A stretch of 58,599 bases of DNA from positions 1 to 58,599 of the forward strand of contig JAHBMJ010000049.1 of assembly GCA_018398765.1 (NCBI GenBank), given 5' to 3'. This DNA is from Chromera velia (lineage: Eukaryota). Shown piece after piece: positions 24,273 through 34,786 of this stretch. How positions within the stretch are numbered: the stretch's first letter is position 1; the number at the start of each line of letters is the position of its first letter. A program made the position numbers and the translations under genes. Under the pieces are notes generated by a model. The model was not told the DNA's origin and did no database searches. It was given only the letters and a program-made list of their open reading frames with translations.

Positions 24273-25589
24273 GTAGAGACTGAAATATCAAAGTCAAAGA
24301 AAGAAGCAGAGAAACCTCTGGGGGAGTATCCCTTTATTAATCGAAACGTAGAAAAGTGGAGAAAGAGCACAGTATACATCCGAGTCTCCAATGTCAGACT
24401 GTTTAGCAAAACAGAGGAGGAAGTTGCACAATGAGATTTCAATCAGTTGTTGCTCGTATATCAGGACCATCCGAAGGCAGGTCCAGCAGCTGATACTGTC
24501 TACAGGAGAAAAGAGGATGGTGACAATACGTTGAAGTCAGGCACGGGTCCAAACTAGGCAATCTCCTGGAAAAAGTACGTTGATGCCCTTATTTCTGAGA
24601 TCTACACCGCTCTCCAGTTTGTGGACGAACAGAAAAGACATGAAGTCAATCAGGAATGGGTGAGAGCAGCTGATGTAGGTTTTGGGGTCTACTCGTTTTA
24701 AGAAGTCGTGGTCAAGTACGAGAACCTCAACAAACGGACCAAAAACGCCGGTGCGGAGGATGATACCACCGATCACACTAGAGCCCTCGCTGTTCATAAG
24801 TCCATCCCCAACCACTACCAGGTCCTTTGATCCGCACAGATAACCCAAGATCAGTACAACAACCCAGACAAACTAATGGATAAGTGCAGAGCCATGGCAG
24901 GCAAGACAAACTGCAACAGCTTTGCAACACTCAGTCACCTCGAACCAAACTCAGCAGCAGCAGCAGCCATCCATGTGACCGGGGAGTTCAAAAGTGCAAA
25001 CTACATTAGTGGAACTGGCAACCCTCCCCTGAATCACGGAGGCAGGGGGGGGAGAGATGGAAACGTAGGAAAAGGAAAAGGAAAAGGTGGAGGATTCCAT
25101 GGAGGATATCAAACTACCTCCGGGTCCTTCAACATCAATTCCAACTTCAATCCCCAGTCTAAGGGCAATAAGCAGCAGCAACAAAACGAGTGCCCCGGTT
25201 GTGCTTGACAAGGGGGGCATGATGAAAGATACGACTGCAGGGGACTGAAGTATTGATGTACGCATTGCAAATCAGTTGGGCACTTTGAGAGGGCGTGTCC
25301 CGATATCCACAGGAAACACGCAGAGAGAGGCAGAGCGAGGGAGAGAGGGGGTTGACCCCCAGCACGAGGGGATACGCAAGTGGGGGGACAAAGGCCTGCT
25401 CCGCACGTGGCATCGTATATGTACAACTACTCCGCAGGTCCCCCTGTGCCTCCCGGCTACTCAGCCATGATGACCGCACCTTCATTTCCCTTCATAAAAG
25501 CATTAGGGGATATGGAGAACCCGACTTTCCGAGTCGGTGAGGTTTTGGGAAAGGCAGAGGAAGGAACCGGCTCTGGAGATAGCTGGTAA
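24273..25589 (+). pseudogene. gag-like reading frame with zinc knuckles, interrupted by in-frame stops
   Basis: One frame with CX2CX4HX4C knuckle CTHCKSVGHFERAC (25257-25298) and an upstream CPGCA*QGGHDERYDC. Stops at 24432, 24555, 24699, 24828, 25206, 25254 and 25353. Confidence 0.85.
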
Positions 25590-25714
25590 AGATAGCAATG
25601 GAGGGACTGAGTGGGAGTGCAGCGAGACACACCTACTCTTCTTCACTTCTTTTCAATCAGGCATACATGTGTGGGGGTGTAGGGAGTCACATTCACACAT
25701 CCAACAAAGTCAAT

Positions 25715-25976
25715 CAGTGCAGGGCGTCACTGAGAAGGAAGTTAACCATACAGTGCAGGGCGTCACTGTGAAACGGAAGTATACATACACATCCAGACAA
25801 TCAATCAGTGCAGAGCGTCACTGATAATTAGACAGGCAGTGTGGAGCGTCACTGACTGATACACAAACAGTGCGGAGCGACACTGATGCCAGTAGAAACA
25901 CAAACACAGAAGGAAATACAAACAGTGCGGAGCATCATTGTTTTTGACAGTACTGCGGAGCGTCGGTACTGGTCAA
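25715..25976 (+). repeat. Array of seven palindromic hairpin repeats (consensus CAGTGCRGAGCGTCACTG) in the 3' noncoding part of the LTR element
   Basis: Copies start at 25715, 25751, 25806, 25837, 25868, 25923 and 25948; spacers are 7-37 nt. Confidence 0.85.
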
Positions 25977-28900
25977 ACCAAATTCATGAAAGCAAACCTG
26001 CATACATCAAATTTCGGAACTCATTTCTCCGATCTTGTGATTGAACAATCATCTCCGAAATGAGGGGGGTGAGTGAAATTTGACATGATGCATGCGCGGC
26101 GTCAGTATGTGTGCATGCCTGGCCATGTCAGGCATGCAAAGGTATCGCGCGCCGTGTGAGAGTAATTCGCGTATTTCGCGTGCATGAATAATTCTGTTCA
26201 AACTTCCATGTATACAGAAATCCATGCAGAGTGAATTCAATTAATACAAAGACCAAAAGTTGAGCCAAACAGAGGCATGAATGTAAAAAGTGAACTGATC
26301 TATGAAGTCTCACTCCATCTGACGGAGCTAATAACCTTCTGATAATAAAATGGCCAGGGCGTGCCAAGGGACACAGTCCCTATATTTCCACTAATTTGTA
26401 TTTCATATGTTTTTAAATAAGCAGTTGGTAAAAAAAATGTTTTATAACTAAATGGAAATTTGATTTCTGTCAAGCAGGGATTCCATATGAACTTCATTCA
26501 ACTCAATGATGAAAAGGGGGAGGACTAAAAAGACACAAAAAGACCTAACAGATTTTAACTTCGGATTCTAGTTCGGATTAAACTTCCAACTGAATTCCGG
26601 AAAGTCCTCCCGCATCACATCGACCCCCGTCTCCCCCGACGCACGGCAGCGCATGCCTTCACAGCAGTGATTGATGCATGAAACAGAAAGGGACGCTCGT
26701 GCAGACGGATTATGAATGTAGAGACAAACGCAGACACACAAGCAAAGACCAACGGGTGTCCCAAGTGCGTGTAACAGTAACAAAAAAACTGACTCATAGA
26801 GTCACACGGATGCACGCAACAGATTTGCACGAACGCGTATCAGATCGACAACCAAGACACAGAAAACAGCAGCTACTCTTTTCAGGGGCCGATAACATGG
26901 GCCCAGCTGAGAAGGGGGCGGGGGGGGGGGAAAACCAAAGACAGAAAGAGAGGTTGACCTGGAAACCGACGGGAGGAAGAAAAATTAATGCAGAAGATAA
27001 GAAAAGCAAAATTGACACCCAGACCTCAACTGAGAACGATACACAAATCGAGAGAAGGAACGAACAAATGGACAGCCAGGAGGGAAAGAAACAAAAAGAT
27101 CATCAAAATGGATTGTGTGAAGAACGAACGAGTGCATACCAATGCACATTCACTCATTCACTCACTCAAATAGTCGAGAAGGATCCCTTCACTCCCCCCT
27201 AAGTGCAACCGCTTGGAGGTGGCAATGGCGGCAGGAAGGAAGCATTTCAGCATCTGTCTCGGAATACACCGTACTAGCGTATTTTGTTATGAAAGGTGAG
27301 TGCCTCGGTTCATGAAAGGTGAGTGCCTCGGTAGCTTGCCGAGGTTTTCGACTGCCTCTTCAGTACAAACCAAATTCGCGTGTGTTTCCACTGCCACCAC
27401 CACTTCTTTTCTCTCTTTATCCGTTCGCTCCTGTCACCCCCCGTGTAATTGAAAAGTTCGAAGGCTGCAGCTGATAATTCTCACGACAGAAAGAAGATTC
27501 GCCCTCGTTGCTTTCTGTCAATTCTGTTTAGACTGTAAGGGGGACTTACAGAAAAAGACACAGCAAAAGGAAGACGGATAGAGATGCAAACAAGTTCTTT
27601 TGCGTTTGCAAGAACAACAAACCAGGAAACAGACCTTTCCCCTTGTTCTGTATTCCAGTCTTTCTCGTCTACTTGTGGTCTGTCAGTCTGCCTGCTGTTC
27701 TCCTCTGTCCGTCTTATTTCCTGTCCTTTCCTTTCCCCTCTCCTTGTTTCCCTCATTTGGATATTTCTTGTCTTCTTTACTGATGCCGGCGACACAGCAC
27801 CCCTTTGAAGAGACAGGAAAAGACGCACGTACGACGCGCAACCAGAGCACGACAAAGCATCGCTGTACAGCCCTTCAAGCTGCGGATCCCCCCAGAGATC
27901 GAGGCTGCACGGCTCCCTCAGGCTGCATGCTGGATGACGAGCGCTTTCACAAAGATTGAGAGGTGAACAAACGAAAAAACGAACAAAAGCGAGCCAAGGT
28001 GCACTCATCCCCAAGATCGAGTCTCTGTACAGAAAGAAAGAAAGAATGACCCAATAAGAACATAATATTGTGTCGAAAAGAGAAGTTGACGGAGGAAGGA
28101 GAGGCAAGAAAGTGAAGGGGACGAAAAGGAAAGGAAAGGGAGAAGAAAGAGGATTGATTGATTGATTCTCTGGCGGGTGGAAAGAAGGAAGGATACAAGC
28201 TGGGAGACGGCGAGCACGAGGCCCAATCTGGACTGGAAAGGCGGCAGGCTGGAAAGGGTTGAGTTGAAACAAGCAAACGAGAAATGAGAAATGCAGGCTT
28301 CTTCACATTCCTTCCAAGCGCACCACTGACGCTCATATTGCAAGTTTGCAAGTGGAGTCAGGCCAAGAAGAACTCCACACCGAAGATCAGAAAATTCGTC
28401 ATTTTGTGTGGTATGTCTGACTTGCTCTGGTCTGCATTCACGAAGGCTGGATGATTGAATGCGTTGCCATGCAGTTTCTTCTCTTCCTTGTTTTCACTCA
28501 CATGACTACTTGCCGCTTGGCTGTCTATCGAATTAAATCAATCCAGCATACAGAGCTCTCAGCCGCCTGTCCCTTTGCTTACACCGCCAGAACTAAAAAC
28601 CAGAAAGCGAGGTAGGGAGAAACACGGGAAGAGAAAGAGTCCCTGCGGGCATGCATGCAAGACAAGAATCATGAAGGGACAAAAAGGAGAAGGGAGAAAG
28701 AGACGGGGTTCTCAAGAAGGAAAGCAGAGGGGAGCTTTGGTCTCTCTCAGAAAACACCGGAGGCGGAGAACGCACATGAGAGAGAGAGGAAGACAGGGGG
28801 AAAGAAGAATTGGGGGAGGGGGAAAAGAAGGGAGGGAAGGTTGACTTCATTCTTTCTGTCTTCCCTCTGAATTCGGTCTTGCATAGCGGTTTGAACATGA

Positions 28901-30643
28901 AATTTGCTTCCATCCACTCCATCCCATTCCACATGGATGCATTGAAGGAAGGAAGGAAGGAAGGAAGGGCCCCCTGGTGGAGGTGTAGTCACAGACACGT
29001 GTAGAAAGAGGTTGCATGATCCAGAAGGAACAGGGGAGGAGTGCCGTCCCACCAGGAAATCAGATAACGCAAATGTAGGCAACGAAGCAAAGCAAAGGGC
29101 AACAGAAGGAAAGAAGTAGAGAACAGATACGATCAACGATACGCAAAAAGAAAGAAGCAGAGAAGACTGGTTGGTGAATCGATCAACGAAAGAAAGAAAG
29201 CAAGACAGACGAGAAAGATCGACATGAAGGATCTGATGGGGTCTGAAATTTACCCGAACACCATCAAGACCTTGATCGAAAGAGAGAAAGAAAAGAAATA
29301 AGCAAAAAGTCCATTTATTTGACGAAATTCTCGTCAACCCTTAACAAAAATCCAAACGGAGCTCCGTTTCTATCAAACGTAGACAAGCCGCTTTTGTTTT
29401 CTGTCCACGGTCCACACGCACACACAAAGAAAGAAACTTGGAAAGAGACACCCACAAGGCAGAAAGAGACCCCCGTCCGCATGAAGGAAGACAGGCAGGC
29501 AGGGAAAGTGAGAGCGAAGCCAGAGCAAGTGAGGGAGAGACTTCTCTTCCTCCTGTTCAAAGCGCTTCCTTCTCTCTCTCTCTCTCCCCATCCATGCATG
29601 TGCAAAGTAGATGCGCTGCCTCTCTCTTTTTCTGTCTCCCTCTCTCCTCGCACCGTTTGATCTTCATGTTTCCGTCTGTTAACAGGAAGGCAGGGCCTTT
29701 CCGCCTCGTTCTTCTTTCGTTCCTTGGCGGGAGAACCTAACCTTTTTCCTTTCTCCCCTTTCATCACCACCAGCACCTTCTTGGGCGGCGCGAGGAAGAG
29801 GACAGGGGGCAGTGCATGCCAAAGAGACAAAGAGAAATGTCGACACGACAGAAATTTACCCAAATGCAGGCAGGAAGGCAGGAAACAAAGCAGGCATGGG
29901 CGAAGTGGACAGATGGAGTCAATGAATGGAGAAGAAGAGTATGCAGAGAGACGACGAAACCATCCATCCCTGCTGATCAGTCGCTTTCTTTGAAAAGTGC
30001 ACTGAAGATCCACGAACCAATCTGGACGAATTCTGTCTGCAAAGTCTTCTTTCTTCGTTGCCGTTTTCTGAAAAACAAAAAACCGATTTCCCACTCCCTT
30101 CTCTTTTTCTTCCCGTCTCTCGTGTCCGACATCTCTTTGCCGGACGACTGCTTGAGCCGTTTTCTTCCTGCACACACCCGACAGAACACAAAAAGGCATC
30201 GATTCACCCTTTGTGCATCCAGTGCTTGCGGCAGAGACGGATAAAGGGATCGAGGAGGCTTAAGCCAAAGAAGAGGCTGCAAGGATGTACTGTTCAGGTC
30301 TACCAACACTCAACATTTGAGAAGACATACACAAGGCCACAAAGAGACGGAGACAGACAGAAAAAGCACGCCGGGAGAGCGTTTGTTGGGGCAGTCGGGT
30401 CCCTCAAAAAAACTCGAAAGTCCCTCAAAACAAACCGAGAAAAAAAAGAAGGAGATATAGACAGGGGCACAGAGAGAGAAAGAGAAATAGACAGACACTG
30501 CGGTCTTCCCTTCTCTCTTTTGAGAAAGGCAGACGAACAACTTGATATGCAAACCGGTGTCTTTAGAGAGACTTGTAGACCAACAGGTAAAGAAAAGCCT
30601 CACTCTGACCTGAAAGCCAGCAGACACGCCCTTTGTTTTTCCT

Positions 30644-32191
30644 TCAAGCACCTTCGATGCCTTCTCTTCTGCTCTGTGCGCCAACCCACAGAGGCACATC
30701 ATCCGAGGATGCCTCCCTGTCACCAGCGAAGCACCTCCCGTTCCACCCTAACCCCTTCGGTACTACCAGATTTCGAACCTTCTCAGCCCCCCGTGCGCTT
30801 CGGAGACGGTCAACACACACGCAGCAGGCGCACATGAGACGGAGCTTCCCGCTCTCGTCTGTCTGCCACGCTGCCTTTGCAACCGCACGGCACTCACAAT
30901 GGGCTTTCAATTTGCCTCTGGGACTTCTAGACGCAGAGATTTCTGAGGGGAGGGCCACCAACCCATCCCATTCCTCCATCTCCCTTGCTGCCCATCCGCA
31001 CCGATCACTTTGTGATCTTACGAACGATCTCAAATAGATGAGCGTGGCGTCAAGGCTCCTCTGCTCACAGACAAATCTCTGCCCATCTGGGGCTGTCAGG
31101 ACGATCCGTCCCCCCTCCTCCTCCCTTTCCAAATTCCTGTTCTGCCCCTCCTCCTCTTCCATTGTCACTCCCAGATCGGAAAGCTTTCTTCGAAGGCGAC
31201 AGAGGAAACGAGCAGACATTGCTGGAAAGAATGTGGGGGGAGCGAAGCCTTCTCGGACCGTTTCTCTGCTGACTGTATCATCTCGAACACTGATCAGTGA
31301 CACAGTCAGGTTGTCAGCTGACCCACGCGTAAAGCACTCCTGTATCAACTTGACAGCCACACTGCCTAGGGTGTCTCTTTTCCCGTTTGTCTGCTGCCAT
31401 TCATAGAATGCCATGGCTGCGAGCTCGTCTGGGTTTGCGTAGTCTGTCAAACCGTCGGAGGCCAAAATCAGGAGGTCCCCCGGGAATCCCTCCCACTCAC
31501 TCACATCGGGCTCCGCAGTGAGCTGCTGCTGCAGTTGGGGCAGATGAGCAGACGCTTTGTAGAAAAAGTCTCCGAAACACCTAGTCATGTTGATATGACC
31601 CCTGACTCTTCCATGTTCCACCCACCCCCCCGCCTTGTGAATTCGTGTGAGCTCTTCCGGGGTGTTCGCTCTGTGGGGGGTAGTGGCTGCTACTACACAC
31701 CCGTCCCTCACAAGAAACGCACGCGAGTCACCGACATTGGCAACCAAAATGGGAAATCTAGAATCTCCATCTGCGGGTTGTCGCAAAACGGCAAAAACGC
31801 CTGTGCTTCCCACAACGTCCATTGGTTGGCCCTTTTCCCACCCGTCTCGGATAAGCCTGCGGTCCATTTCGAGACACGCCGACTTCAAAGAACGTTCCGT
31901 CAAGTATCCGTCGTTGGTGTGGAGCTCTTCAGCAAGCACATCTGGCAAGTCTCTGGACAGAGAAAATGAGGCTGCACCACCTCCGTGACCGTCAAAAACA
32001 CCCGACACAAATGCTTCGCGGTCATTTCCCAACTCTTTGCATGCTCCCCTCTTCAGGGACGCAAGGGACACAAGCGAATCTTCTTGGCGCTCCCGCCATC
32101 CCTGCATTGACGCACTGGCAGCGTCAAATGCCGAAACCCTGTGCTCATACACCTCCACCAGTGTGAGGGGAAGAGGGAGGTGTGAGCACAT
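30644..32191 (-). CDS. PP2C/PPM-family Ser/Thr protein phosphatase
   Basis: Single ORF with SMQGWRERQED, GVFDGHGG, GSTG, VANVGDSR, RCFGDF, LILASDGLTD and GSADNLTV. Confidence 0.93.
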   Translation of the reverse strand: MCSHLPLPLTLVEVYEHRVSAFDAASASMQGWRERQEDSLVSLASLKRGACKELGNDREAFVSGVFDGHGGGAASFSLSRDLPDVLAEELHTNDGYLTERSLKSACLEMDRRLIRDGWEKGQPMDVVGSTGVFAVLRQPADGDSRFPILVANVGDSRAFLVRDGCVVAATTPHRANTPEELTRIHKAGGWVEHGRVRGHINMTRCFGDFFYKASAHLPQLQQQLTAEPDVSEWEGFPGDLLILASDGLTDYANPDELAAMAFYEWQQTNGKRDTLGSVAVKLIQECFTRGSADNLTVSLISVRDDTVSRETVREGFAPPTFFPAMSARFLCRLRRKLSDLGVTMEEEEGQNRNLEREEEGGRIVLTAPDGQRFVCEQRSLDATLIYLRSFVRSQSDRCGWAAREMEEWDGLVALPSEISASRSPRGKLKAHCECRAVAKAAWQTDESGKLRLMCACCVCVDRLRSARGAEKVRNLVVPKGLGWNGRCFAGDREASSDDVPLWVGAQSRREGIEGA

Positions 32192-32929
32192 GACGGAATT
32201 AACCAAGAGCCACACACTTCAATCACGAACAACACACACAGACAGAATTTACATACATGCTTTGCCGAAGCAGCTCACGCCCCAACCTGACTCGCTACTG
32301 CGCACGTCTTCGCTTGAGAAACCTTGCAGAACAAGGGACGGAATTTTCTGCGATTGCCGTGGAAAAGACCACTTCGAATCAAATTAAGGACGGTATAAAG
32401 GTCATCCACGAAATTTTCATGCAGCTGTCCCAAAATTCGATCGCGCGGGCTAAATCTTAGAATATATAGGTGCCTCCTCAGGATCGCGGACCCTCACCGC
32501 GCCGCCAGTGACAGTGGCCCCGCCACAAAGACTGAGCACGCAAAGTAACCAATTGGTCCCTACGCATGAGGGAATCAGCCGGTGTACATTGCATGTTCAA
32601 GAAATTTCAAGAAAAGGAGAGTGTTCCCGCAGAGGGTCTCGATCTGAGTCTTCGACATTGCGGTACATACAGGCGAACGCCACCGGTTGTCCACCTCGGT
32701 GGGCTGACTGACTTGTCAGCCAGTCATGAAGGGAGAAGGTGTCCCGAAAGCGGTTCTTCGGGTCAACTGGGGAGGGCTCTTTTGTGGTATGGCTCAGTGT
32801 GTACTTGCGGTGATTCTGATCGGCTGGACGCTGAAAACCGTTGCGGAGTTTTCGCGGCTTTGACCACGGCTGGCGTGTAGTTTTTTCTTTCCCGTCTCCT
32901 TGTTGCCGTCTCCTGCCGTCTCGTTCACC

Positions 32930-34748
32930 ATGGCACTGCACCGAGCGGCATCTTTTGCTCTGAACAACCGCATCACTCGGTGCAGGCTGGAGCACGAGCT
33001 GAACGATCTGGTCGACACTGAATTGAAGAGAATGACTTTTGTGAATCTGCTGACTATTCTGCAGAAGTATCTCCGTCTGTCCCCAACATCAGCCACACCT
33101 TCTGCACACGCTGTTGCCAAACCGTCTCTGCACGTGGCAAAGCTGACGCAAGAAGTGAAAAAGCTGGTCTATTATGACAGCCCAGACTCGCCTCTGAGGG
33201 CACGGGACGTTGCCCAGGCGGCATGGCTGGCCTCCAGGCTCTCCTCGGATGATGCCGAGCTTTGGAAAGGGTTGACGTCTAGTTTCCTCAAGAAACTTTC
33301 CTCTGCCAACAGTCAGGACTTCCTTCAGATTCTTTCCGTCTCAGCTGGACGCGAGGACGTCCACGAGACTCTCCTGTCTGCCTCAGCTTCGTTCCTTGTC
33401 GCCCAAATGAGGGACGGCAGCCTGCTCACATCTGCGCATGGAAGCCAGAAAGATGGACGGCAGGTGGTTGCCGTCGCGCACCTGTTTGCTTCAAGTCGAC
33501 AGCCTCTGCAGACGAAAACTGAAATTTTGTCGTCTGCCTGTCGATTGATTCTCTCGAGAGATCTGTTGCCCTCAATGGAGACGCGAAGGTTGTGCGTCCT
33601 CTTCTGGTGCCTCGGGAGTCTCTCAGAAGGAGGGGGGGCGTCCCCAGCCTCCGCAGAGTCCTCTGGGCTTTCCGGGGACGTTCGCGAGTTTCTGCAGACG
33701 GCGGGAGAGCATATTGCTGGGGGGGCAAAAAGCAGGGGGGCAGGGGGGAGAGGTAGCACGGCTGTTCCGTCTGCAGTCCTCGAAACGGCCACGGCGAGGG
33801 ACATTGCGCATGTCTGTTGGGCTTTTGGGAAGTTTCAAACGGGGTGGAGTTTGGACAGAGATCTTACAGACAGAGTTTTTTTGACAGTGGGGTCCTTTCT
33901 GTCCTCACACAGAGGCCAGACTCTCGTCAAGACGATGAGCGGCCACGACTTGACAAACTGTTTGCATGGGGGAGCGAAAGCAGGTTGCATGCCCAACTCC
34001 TTTGTTTCTATTTTGTGTCGACGTCTGACCGACTCCCATTCGCAGCAGTCACTTGGCTCCGTGCCACCGCAGTCCGGGGTCGGTTCACGAAACCGCTCTC
34101 CCTCCTTACACGCAAGCGACAACGGTTTTCTCCTCTATGAGCCCATCAACCTTGCCAGCTCCTCATGGGCTCTGTCTTTTTTTCTGAAAACCCAATCCAC
34201 CAGCGGGGCGAGTCAAGAAGCAGTTGACTCCGCCCGTCGTGCGCTTTCCTGCATTGCAAGACACCTCTCAGACTGGGTTGAACGTTGTGACCCGAACAGA
34301 AAGGACAGACCGCCCATGTCACTTCAGCACCTGTCCATGGCCGCTCTGGGTGTGTCAGCCATTGCAGAAACGTCAACAGGTCGCGAGGCGCTGTCGGCAG
34401 TTGTGCGGCTTTTGAGAATGCGGTTGAAGAGCTTTGAAGGAGAAATGGGCCTCGAGGCTTCGTCCATGTTGTCCGCGGCTATCGGTTCTCTCTCGGGGGT
34501 CCTCATTTCAGTTGTGGGGCCCGAAGAAGGCTGCCTTGAGGTTCTGGAGTGGGTCTTTAATTGGGCTGCGGTGCATGCAGGTGGGAGGGAGAATGAGACG
34601 CGAAGAGCGGGGCAGAGAGGCGGGCAGCAGAAGGCAATTGCAAGTTTTTGGAGAACATGGGCACGTGCGATGGCGAATGGGCAGGTCTCCCACGGACCCC
34701 TCATGTCAAGAATTTCGTCCAACGTGGGTGGGGTTGACCTCCAATTGT

Positions 34749-34786
<38 letters not shown>

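Larger units (their letters stand above)
23912..26392 (+). mobile_element. Non-autonomous gag-only LTR retroelement, 2481 bp
   Basis: 321-bp direct repeats at 23912-24232 and 26072-26392 with 6 mismatches. TSD AATTT at 23907-23911 and 26393-26397. PBS-like TGGTGACGCCAGCGAGAGTC from 24232, PPT GAGGGGGGTG just before 26072, internal gag-like frame, no pol motifs seen. Confidence 0.93.

Noticed and set aside
24273..25589. Alternative genetic code or stop-codon reassignment in gag
   Set aside because: All three stop types occur and neighbouring host genes use standard stops, so mutational decay explains it more simply.
25715..25976. CRISPR array (palindromic repeats with variable spacers)
   Set aside because: Repeats are only 18 nt, spacers are 7-37 nt and irregular, no cas genes are present, and the array lies inside a eukaryotic LTR element.
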